Shown here piece after piece: positions 26,901 through 38,900 of a stretch of DNA of 64,000 nucleotides; the first letter of the stretch is position 1; each line of letters begins with the position of its first letter. The DNA is taken from positions 130,922 through 194,921 of the forward strand of contig NW_018408909.1 in assembly GCF_002113885.1 (NCBI RefSeq), in the 5' to 3' direction. Both the position numbers and the translations under genes were made by a program. Under the pieces are notes generated by a model that saw only the letters and a program-made list of their open reading frames with translations, was not told the origin of the DNA and ran no database searches. This DNA comes from Mizuhopecten yessoensis (Eukaryota).

Positions 26901-29900
26901 TGATCTGAGAAAAATCACGAAAATTATCCTAATGTGTTTGGAACAACCAGTATTCGGGTGAACAATTTCAAATTCTGGACCTTTGCCTGAAGAGTAATCT
27001 CTCCATCTTTGTGGTTTGTTGATGTGTGCTGATCTGACATCAATGAAACTATTAACTGACAAACACAAATATGTTCTGGCTTATATAAAGCTGTGAACTG
27101 GGACATATTGTACTATGTACCAGCTCATACTGAATCCTGTAGGTTTCTAGCGGGATGAATATATTTAATAACTGCTTCAGTAGAGACTAAGATGATGAAA
27201 ACAATTTCCAAAGAACCAATTTCTTGTCAATGTCCTGTGATGATACCATCCTTGCGCACACAGTATTACTGTCTGGTGGTCTGACCTCCAGTCCGTAATG
27301 TGACGATTATTAGGGACACTCGGCCATAGTCAAGTGGACTAGGGTTGGGTCACTGAGGACACAGTATAATCATTTCACATTTTGATAAATTTGATAGTTA
27401 TTTTACAAGTGATTGAGATTGAAGTTTATTCACTGGTCATATAACTTCTTTTTTTTAAACCCAACTAGATTTGGTATTATTAGGGCTTCATTTGCAAATA
27501 TGAATATATAGAAGACAAATTTTAGTAATATATGTGTGTTAGAGTCTAAAATAATATCAATGAGAAGAGGAGAACAAATACTGTTAGTGATGGGGATCAC
27601 AAAATGTGCCCCACTGCTTCCTTCAATATTAAAATCTGAAATATAAACCAGTAGATAATTAACTCTGTATAATATGTGATGTAATGCAGCACAACAATGC
27701 ACACCTGACATTTAAAGACTCGCCAATCCTTACCGGCTAACAAATTTTGTATATCAATGTGATAACCATCTTACATGTAAGAATGTTGACTTACAGCCGA
27801 GAGTACATCGAGAACATCATGAGTCCTGACGATGGTGAGGGCAGCTGTCATAGTTCACACATCAGCACCAAATCAGAGAAGAACATGGCTGACTTTGAGG
27901 GCGAGGACTTCATCAGTGACGAAGAACTGGCTCAGATCGATGCCAGCCGCTCCTTCAATCCTCACCAGATGCAGCAACACCTGTCCAGTCTGGCCTCCAT
28001 GTACCACACACACATGCCACACGGTCAGTGGCAACAACTGTCTCTGGAAATGAATTTTTAGATGATTTATTTTTACTTTATGCAGTGTGTTAAAATAAAC
28101 ACAAAAATTATAGTGAAATTTCAAACTTTGAAAGTGTTCTGTACATAAGTCAAATGATTTGTTCTCGTTGGTTTTGACAAAAATAATAAGTGGTCTCTCT
28201 TTTGGAGATTAATATTTGAGACTTAGATAATAAAGTTGGTTATAGTTTGTTGTGTGTTACAGTGATCCACCACCGCCCCCAGCAAAAAGAGATGTTCCCT
28301 TGCCACCCTTCCGACTTCCCATTTGATGATGTGTGTGGTAAAGGAAACACATTGCTGTGGGATCTGGTCCAGGAGGAAACAGCAGTGAGTTCAATTTCTA
28401 AGTAGTAAATCCATTTAATACTCATTAAATTGAGAAATGTCATTGATACAGATATCATTATACTGTGAAACCATTTTTAAAGAAGCTCATAGGTTTTTTT
28501 AAGTTTGAAAATCCAGTAGGACACATAAGCATTAAGTTTGCATCTAAAAAAAGTTAGGGCATATAGGTAGGCCTTTTGGTCTATGATGAGTTTATCATGC
28601 ATTGTTATTTACAACAGAGTTAAAAGTGCTTGATTGATTTGAATTTTCAGCATATGTTACCGGAGGGTCTAGCCATGGAGGCAGAGAAAGCACTGTGTAC
28701 CCTGGTATGCTATTCTACAGACAGGAAAATCAAGATGAAGTTTATTGAAGCCTCCATAGAAAATCTCTCCCAAAACAAATCTGTTGTGGTATCTCTTCGG
28801 CTCCTGCAAAAAATATTCAGTTCCTTTCAACCATACAGGAGTGGTGCAGATACACACCATGTCACCATGTAAGTCTAATAAAGATGTCATTGTTATCTAA
28901 CACGACTGAAATAATTGAACTTAAAGGCATTGTGGTGATTTTAATAACACTAGCAAACAGTTTTTAGCTCACCTGGCCCGAAGGGCCAAGTGAGCTTATG
29001 CGATGGTGCAGCGTCTGTCGTCCATCCGTCCGCCGTCCGGTGTCAATATTTTACTTTAAACAACTTCTTCTTAATAACCAAAAGGCCTAGGGTGATGATA
29101 TTTGGCCAGAAGCAAACCAGGATGAAGGGCTACCAAGTTTGTTCAAATAAATTACCTTCACCTATTTTCAAGGTCACAAGGGTCAAATATGTTAAAAACT
29201 TTAAACAACTTCTTCTGAATAACCAAAATGCCCAGAGTGATGATTTTTGGCTAGTAGCATGCTGGGATAAAGGGCTACCAAGTTTGTTCAAATGAATGAC
29301 CTTCGTCCATTTTCAAGGTCACAGGGGTCAATTGTCTTAAAAAATCTTTATACGACTTGTTCTGAATTACTAAGAGGCCTAGGATGATGATATTTGGCCA
29401 GTAGCATGCTGAGATGAAGGTGTACCAAGTTTGTTCAAATGAGTGACCTTGACTTATATTCAAGGTCACAGGGGTCAAATATGTTAAAAACCCTTAAACA
29501 ACTTCTTCTGCATAACTAAGAGGCCTAGGGTTAAGGTATTTGACCAGTAGCATGCTGGGATGAAGGGCTACCTAGTTTGTTCAAATGAATGATCTTGACT
29601 TATATTCAAGGTCACAGGGGTCAAATATGTTAAAAACCTTTGAACAACTTCTTCTGAATAACTAAGAGGCATAGGGTTACAATATTTGGCCAGTAGCATG
29701 CTGTGATTAAACGCTACCAAGTTTGTTCAAATGAATGACCTTCGTCCATTTTCAAGGTCACAGGGGTCAATTGTCTTAACAAATCTTTAAACAACTTCTT
29801 CTGAATAATTTAGAAGCCTAGGATAATGATATTTGGCCAGTAACATGCCAGGATGAAGGGCTATCAAGTTTGTTCAAATGAATGACCTTTACATATATTC

Positions 29901-32900
29901 AAGGTCACAGGGGTCAAATATGTTTAAAACCTTTAAACGACTTCTTCTCAATAACCAAAAGGCCTAGGATGATGCTATTTGGCCAGCAGCATGCTGGGAC
30001 AAAGGGCAACCAAGTTTATTCAAATGAATGATCTTAAATTATATTCAACGTCACTGGGGTCAAATATGTTTAAAACTTTTATACAACTTCTTCTGAATAA
30101 CCAAGAGGCCTAGGATAATGATATTTGGCCAGTAGCATGCTGGGATAAAGGGCTATCAAGTTTGTTCAAATGAATGACCTTTACATATATTCAAGGTCAC
30201 AGGGGTCAAATATGTTTAAAACCTTTAAACGACTTCTTCTAAATTAGCCAAAGGCCAAGGGTGATGATATTTGGTCATTAACAGGCTGGGATGAAGGGCT
30301 ACCAATTTTGTCAAAATGAATGACCTTTGCCCATATTCAAGGTCACAGTGGTCAATATATGTTTAAATCTTTAAATGACTTGTTCTGTATAACCAANTTT
30401 AAACGACTTCTTCTAAATTAGCCAAAGGCCAAGGGTGATGATATTTGGTCATTAACAGGCTGGGATGAAGGGCTACCAATTTTGTCAAAATGAATGACCT
30501 TCGCCCATACTCAAGGTCACAGTGGTTAATATATGTTTAAATCTTTAAATGACTTGGTCTGTATAACCAATAGGTCCAGGGTTATGATATTTTGCCAAAA
30601 GCATGCTGGGTTGGAAGACTTTAAACTCTGTTCAACCTAATGTCCTTGTTCGACATTCAAGGTCACAGGCGTCATATGTTAAAATCTTTTAATAGGTTCT
30701 TATGAATCAAACACTGATATTCTGCCTGTAGCTGTATTTTATTCCACTTTTAAGATTACAAGTGTCAGATTAATACCCGGTGAGCGATTCAGGCCCATTG
30801 GGCCTCTTGTTTCTTCAAATTTTTGTGGTCGGTAATTGAGAAAAACTTTTTTAAAAAAATCTTCTACATGAACAAATAATTTAATAAATCTGTTTAATTT
30901 GATAATAAATTAATTTGTGAAAAAAATACATGTTTTAATCTAATGACTTTAAATGCAGGTGGGCTGAAAAGGAGCTGCATATGATGAGTCACTTCTTCAT
31001 CAACCTAGTGTACTACACAGAGGCGATACAGGCAGGCAACACCGCCATCACAGCAATGTAAGTTGGCTTAGAACCTCTTAAATCTGCTGAATAGTGTCAT
31101 TCTTCTATAATTGCGGATTATCTCAATTATCACTCATGATGAGATCCAGTGAGTTAATCGGCAATCTCCAAGTCTGGTTGTCTCAGCCTGTTGATGACTT
31201 ATTGGTTATTTTATAATAAAGTTTTACTCTGATTGTCAAACAAACCTCTTGTCATGTTGATACATCACAGTAACATCGTCATGTATATCTAATATAAGCT
31301 GCATCATTAATATCATTTGACATATCGTTTTTTGTGTTTAATATTTATTAACTCCACCTATCATGTATTAAGGAAATACTATTCTTTTTTCCCTCTTTTT
31401 ACCTAGGTACTGCCACAAAGAACAGGTGCAAGTGAGACTTGATTTCTTGACGTGTGTATTTTCGGCTATGGGATCTCCAGATGGATTTAGTAAGTTTCTT
31501 GAAAAGAAGTTTATAAGGTAACCTTTGTCTTTAAAAAAGATAGTTTTAAAACAAAGATTGCTGTTTATTCTTTTATCCACTGTATAGCATGAAATTTTCG
31601 TATTTAACATAGCTGCAGTTGAATTATGCATTTGTATATCAATATGTGTACAACATAGCTGATTCAATTCAGACAGCTAAACAAGAAAGCTTGTATCATC
31701 AAATTGTTTTGTAAACATGGAAACATATATAAAACATGAAAGCATGTATTCCCAAATGTTTCTAGGGTATAAATGTGATAAATCTGTAAACACCATTTTT
31801 GTCTGTCCTGTGATGAAACCATCCTTGCGCACACAGTATTATGGTCTGGTGGTCTGACCTCCAGTCTGTAATGTGACGATTATTAGGGACGCTCGGCCAT
31901 TGTCAAGTGGACCATGGTTGGGTCACTGAGGACAATACCTGTAGAAATGAAGAGAACATAAAATGTATCTTCAAATTATCTTATATTCATCACACGATTC
32001 AAACTTCTGATGAAACACATGACATACTATACATATGTCTGATACTTTTGTGAGCAAATTAATTTGCATGTTTTACGTCCTTTATTTCCTGTAAATAAGA
32101 ATTGTATGCTTCAAATAATTTGTCACCAAGATATGAAATATGTGATCAGAATGTTCTAGTCATAAGATGGAACATGTGACAAATATTTCACTGTTCACTG
32201 TAATCTATGAGAAAGATCTTTGAGAAATTTGTACCTTTCTTTTAACTGTGATTTCCTGTCCATGTCCTGTGATGAAACCATCCTTGCGCACACAGTATTA
32301 TGGTCTGGTGGTCTGACCTTCTGACCTCCAGTCCGTAATGTGACGATTATTAGGGTCGCTCGGCCTGGGTCAAGTGGACCAGAATCGGGTCACTGAGGAC
32401 AATACCTGTAGAAATGAAAAGAACATAAAATTTATCTTCAAATTATCTTATATTCATCACACGATTCAAACTTCTGATGAAACACATGACATACTATACA
32501 TATGTCTGATACTTTTGTGAGCAAATTAATTTGCATGTTTTACATCCTTTATTTCCTGTAAATAAGAATTGTATGCTTCAAATAGTTTGTCACCAAGATA
32601 TGAAATATGTGATCAGAATGTTCTAGTCATAAGATGGAACATGTGACAAATATTTCACTGTTCACTGTAATCTATGAGAAATTTGTACCTTTCTTTTAAA
32701 TGTGATTTCTTGTCCATGTCCTGTGATGAAACCATCCTTGCGCACACAGTATTACTGTCTGGTGGTTTGACCTTCAGTCCGTAATGTGACGATTATTAGG
32801 GACGCTCTGTCATGGTCAAGTGGACTAGGACTGGGTCACTGAGGACAATTTTTGGATAATTTCATGTTGATTATCAACCAAAGAATAATTAACAGCACAA

Positions 32901-35900
32901 TGCCGTTGGAATATAAATCCCAGAAGAATGCTAAATATACCATTAAAAATTATGCTGTCTTTATTTCTGAGGGTGTGTTTGAGAATAGTGTAGGGAAAAT
33001 ATCACTATTTTATCTCTGGATGTAAAACAAAATTGTCACTAAGCAATATCAAAACATGAATTAATCTTTCAGGAAATAATAGCTGAGATTGAACTAATTT
33101 TTCATTGTGTAGGGTTGAACTTGGAGCAAGTAGACACGCTGTGGCGCTGTATAGCTTTGGACATAGAGTGCTCTGATGAGTGTCTCAAGTGGTTCCTCAA
33201 CCAGGCAAAGAGTAAAGACCACCACGCTATGGGCCTGGAAACATTTAAACACATCTTCTTGGAAAAGGTAGGAATTGTTCATGCTTAACACATCTTCTTG
33301 GAAAAGGCAGTGATTGATTTAAAGTTTATTTGACATATAAAAACTAAGAAAGGAAACAGAAGGAATTTCAAGCAATATAGCAATGTATTAATCTTTAATG
33401 GATGAACTTGTTCATGTTGTTTTCATTGGGTATTGTTAAGTATGGTATATGCAAGGTTCACTGTATTGGTAAAATAAAGAGTTATCTTTCTTTATCAGTC
33501 TTTATTGAAACAAAGCTAATGAATAGGGATATTAATAGTATATTAACGCTAGCTACATATATCCATGGTACTTAACCCTAACTGTGAGTATACAATTTCT
33601 ACAGATGCCTCAACTGAAGCCGGAATCCATGAGTATGATTGGGCTCAACCTGTTCCAACAGTTATCACACCTGACTAGGATTGCCAATGCATCCCTCGAT
33701 AAATCCCTTACAGAAGATCAGGTAAAAGTTCATTAAATACTAATAAAGATTAAAAGTTGTTCTGATTTTGAATTTCACTATTTAATGACGTAATATATTC
33801 ACATTTAGATGGATCTTTTTTTTAGTTTTTAGGTCATTAATTTTCTGGTATTAGAAATAAATCGTAATACATATTGAACCCGTTCTGCTTGAAAGTTAAA
33901 AAATACTCCAAACAGTAGGTTGACTCCAAACAGGTGATGCTATGTGTATGGAAGTTTGTTTTATCACTCAATACAACGTTTCCTCCTGTGTTTGTCGCAG
34001 GTCTGTGGTATGGACCAGCTGTGGAATATGGCCCTTAAGGCCACCAACACGGATGTCAGTATTACAGCCATACAGATCCTCAACAGTTACTACATCAACT
34101 ACGGCAACAGTCAGCTGGAGAAAGAGGAGGAGTTTGTACAGCGCTGTATGGACAGCCTTGTCCAGGCTCTGTCAGATCTCAACCAGGTAATGCCTGTTCA
34201 CTAATATTTTGAAGGCCATTGCATAAGAATTCTTGAGGATTTTCAAATTTATTCTGCTATAAGTTTAGCTGAACGCTTCTTAAAAGAAGATGGATTATTT
34301 ATTTAAAGCAAAACTTTTTAATTCAATCTAAACATGCCGAAACGACATGCTTATGTAATGCTACATATTTCAATATTTTTTGTAAATAAATTTCCTCACC
34401 CTCAAATATTTCAATTTGATATTCCTTCTTAGAATCCAGATACCAATTTACTAGTCATTCAAAGAGGTTTGGTGCTATTGAAAAACCACCTGGAAGCGTT
34501 CAGGAAACGGTATGCCTACCATTTACGTAACTGGCAGATAGATGGGAAGGGAATCCGCAGTCATCAGCGTTCCATCCACGACAAACAATCATCTATGATG
34601 AGAGTTATTCTACAGCCTGCAGGCATGACTGACAAGGTTTGTTTACAACATATTTAAGTGTTAATGTTTTTGTCTTTTCTATGCCACACATATATTTGTT
34701 AATGAGAGCACTAAATGTAATGCATAAGATTAATAATGTATAACAAAGATTTTTTATTTTTTTTATACCTCTAGATATGTTTCATTTTGATTTAATACTA
34801 AGATTTGATTAGGAATTCAGATATCTTGTGAGCATTTATTCATTAACAAAGACAGGGGATGCATCTAAATGCTCAATCATTTAAAAAATTGAAATATTTG
34901 TATATAGGTCGTTCAAAGGGCAGTCCCACGATATAAGTATTTATGTATTGAATATTTACTCTTTTGATTGAGTGATACTAAGTAAATTATTTTTAACATT
35001 AAGAATATAAACTATGTAAGTTATCAGTTATGAAAATAATTTTCCAAGAAAAATTTGTTACAGACCCAGTTAGAGATGTCATCAACAGACCTGGTGGCAG
35101 AGCTACGTGCAGAGGTGACACGGTGGTGGGAGGGGCTACACAAACAACAGCTGGCCCGACACCAGGCAGAGGGTGCCCACAGCAGCACCATGCTCTCGCC
35201 GATACTTGGTGCCATGCTGGGTGATGGCCCTATTCGTATGATCACCCTTGGACAAGATCTTACAGTAGACATGGACGAGAAATCACTTGGAGATATGCAG
35301 TTCAAAGACATGCAGGTACTTATTGTTTGGTATGAAATGTATGACTGAAGAACTAATTTTGATACACTTTTTTTTCTGGGGACTTGTTGGGGCTGATAAT
35401 GGGCCCCATGCCCAATTGAAACTATTTCATATTTGTACCACATTCCCCAAATTTGCAGATTAGTCCCACTGGTATATTTCCTTCCAAGGATGAGACAAAA
35501 AGGCCCGATTCCCAAATTAACCAAACAAAACTGATATATTCTACTTACACAATAAAATGTTTAATCTTAAATGCTTAAAATGTTAAGCTTCACTGTCCTC
35601 CGATTTCTATGAAATGGCGAGAACTTCTGTGATTTGGTAGATGATAGACTTATATGGTAATATAATGTTTCGCAGTAAATATGATACGTGGAAGCTCATC
35701 AAACATTTTATGTACACAATTCATTAATTCAGAGTTAATAGGGCTTTAAAATTATCAGTTTGTTTTGTTTTAGCGACACTCTGTATGACACAAGTTTTCT
35801 ACATTACAGCTGGTGTTTGTATCAGTGGGTGCCAGTAGACCTCAGCGTAAGATGGACGGCAGTATCCCCTCCTCCTGTCTGCCAGCACCCTCCCACAGCA

Positions 35901-38900
35901 AGCTTCCAGTGATGCTGATGATACAGGAGCCCCACTTTAGCAAGCTCTTTACACTACTCGAGAGACTTGGCAAGTTGGACTTCACATCAACAGAGATGGT
36001 AAGTACCTTTCATATTCATAAAGAACACAAAATGAAACAAATTTTATAAGTGAAGATAGAGCAAATAAAGACACAGCTTTAGGAACATCTCAATAAGGGT
36101 TCACAAGTCATGTTTTTACATGAATTTCAAAAATTTGAATACATACATATTGTTAAAATGCCTTAGTTTCCTAAGGTCAGACTTTAAAACATCGGAAAGT
36201 TGCAACTTGTATATAGATCATTTTTTTAGTTATTTTGTATTTTTGGGGGGAGTTTTATGTAATTGAATTCAATTTTGCAAATAGTGACAATCTTTCTCCA
36301 CGTATCCCGGTTGAAACGGTAAGTGTGGCGCAGAAATTTTCCAAGATAAACGAACACACTTGGACCGTTCTATAAGCAGAGCTAAAAATCCACAGTTTCG
36401 GAGAATAAAAAACAATGTATCAAGAATATTATGCCCTTCTCTCATGCGTCCACTAAATTACATAACGTATCTTAAAAATTACAATTGACTTGACATTGTT
36501 TAAGAAAGAAATAATGCAAATTGGCAATAGTCAGCATTTTAGTTTCGTCTGGACCCCTCAATCTACACGTACCAAATTTTCCTGAGGTCAGCCTCGGTCC
36601 AAATCTGTACCTGTCGTTTTCTTAACAGGTTCAACCGGTTCAACCGTTTCAACCGGATACGCGAATGTAGCCTATGTGTTTTATGCAAGACTTGCGTGGT
36701 TGAGTTGTTATGGTATGTTACAGGAGAGTCAGGAGAGATGGGGCCTACAGACCAAGGCCCGTGTCTTGTCTAGGAAGGTGTGGGAACTCCTCATGCTACT
36801 TCCAACCAACCAGAGTATGCTGGAGGGCTTCAATAGTATTGTCTCTGAGGAGGTGAGTCTACAATAACAATCACAGGCTGATTATATCTTCAGAATATTG
36901 TTGGAGGGTTTCTGGTCTCCAAAGAGGTCTGACTTATATTCATCAGAAAATTAAGACCTTGGTTTATCAAAATTAAATGCAGCTAATCAAATGTGGTGTT
37001 GAATACTTCACAGTATTACAACTTAGGCTAGCATTTGTCATATTAGATATGCTTGTGAATAAAAAAAATGATCTAAAAAATAATATTTAGAGTTTAATAA
37101 CTTTGCATTGAACTCCTGAAATTTTGTTTTTGTATTAAAAATGCTTCTGATAAGTATTTTGACTGGCTTGCAGTATAATTTATGATATGTTGTGTTTTCA
37201 ACAGAGTACTGAGAAGGCAGACCACTGGGACACACTGCTAGCCCCCAACGCTCCACACAAACTCATGTACTCTCTCCAGATCGTGGAAGCCCTCTCCCGT
37301 ACACCCCGACATCGCAGAAAGTTCTCTGTAAGTCCAACATTATAAAATGTTATCTTGATATGTAAAATAAACCATTCCAGCAAGGATAAACTTCAAAATG
37401 ATTTGTTTCTTATTCGTAGATTTTTGACAGTTTCATAAATAATGTTTAATTTCTTCATATGAACTTGTGAAAGTTGGGTTATTGCATTAGAAAAATTGAC
37501 ATAGAAATTACCAGAAAACTTTTTCAGCAATTGTGAGTAGAAACTTTAAAATTAACATCTGATTTTGTTTGGTTTGACTAGATGAGAACAGGTGCTGGAG
37601 ACTCGAGAGCCATGAGTGTAGATTCTGAGATGGACACCGACAGCAGTGAGGAGATCTGGAGCCAGAAGGTAAACTTTACATAATAAGTATTAAAAACATT
37701 AATCATTCTGCTTCATACTGTTTCTTTGCCCAACTCATTTTCACTACACATATTTGATATTTAACATTTGTACTATCACTCACTTTAAGTTGCAGTTAAC
37801 GATGACATTATGAATTGGAGGTATAGGGAAACAAAATTAAATTTTCCTTTGCTTTTTATTATCAAATTGTTTTCCTAAATGTATTGAAACTTAGATAATT
37901 TTGCGACCCATGAATTAAAAGTTCTCTGCTCCATATGATATTTATGAAACTGAAAATTGAATGTTTTGTTTTCTCTAAAACTAGATTTATAATTCATAAA
38001 ATAGGTTCAATCACAACAGGCGAAGGAGCAATAAGTTAACTACAAGAATAACTTATTGCTCCTTCGCCTGTTGTGATTGAACCTATTTTATGATGTTGTC
38101 ACTTTTACTCAGTCGCCTGCATACTTTCGGGTATCCAGACGAGGAGCAAAGGACTAAATTATTCCACCATTAAGAAAACCACGGCATTGGCTCTACCCTT
38201 GTCTTGATTTATAATTGATTTAATGCAGATACACCTGACAATAATTGCTCCACTTTTAATTTCCTTTATAGTTTATAACAAAGGGAGGTTTGAAGCATTT
38301 ACTGAGCATTTTTAAGTCTGGAGTTCTACAAGCTAAAGAGGATGAAGCATGGAGTCAGGTATGTAACAAACAACTTTCCTTTGGCATGTAGCACAAGACA
38401 GGATTTATTTTGGCTTAGCCTTGTCTTCCTCTGGTGATGGCATTGAATTTAAAATGACAAAAGTTCCATAAGTGAGTTAAAAGGTCTTCTTCTGTAGTGT
38501 TATGTACCCTATATATTAGTGTTCTGTAGTATGTTTTAATAGCCTCAAAAAGTAAAAGGCCAAACTGCACATTTTTGTACCTGGTAGAAATTCATATGTA
38601 GTTGTGTGTTGTATAATATTATTATATGAAATGACTTGTTGTGTTGCAGTGGAACCAGGAGTGTCTAGCCTACCTGCTCAGACTGATCAGCCAGTTCTCT
38701 GTGGAATTGTCAGATGCAGAAGCTGGTCACGATGATGTGTTTGAGTCGTATGAAAGTCCCAGGAAAAAGATGAAGCGCCACAAAGGCAGTAGTGAGAAGA
38801 TCATTATACCTAGGCTTAACCAGGTAAAATCAGGAAATAGAACTGTTCAAACAAGTTGCTTTGTGTTTCTTCAGTTTCTTTTGTTATAGTTTTTCAAATT

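Larger units (their letters stand above)
31804..32847. repeat. Tandem duplication, ~455-460-bp unit (C/D RNA plus spacer)
   Basis: Spacers 31935-32262 and 32402-32716 are near-identical. Confidence 0.95.

Noticed and set aside
32007-32042. CTGATGA...CTGA in the snoRNA spacers as an extra C/D RNA or hammerhead ribozyme
   Set aside because: Only ~36 nt between the boxes, no terminal stem, and no stem II-GAAA arrangement
38094-38150. Hammerhead ribozyme beside the 45-bp hairpin
   Set aside because: The minus strand has GAAA and CTGAGTA, but not the CUGANGA core with the required stems
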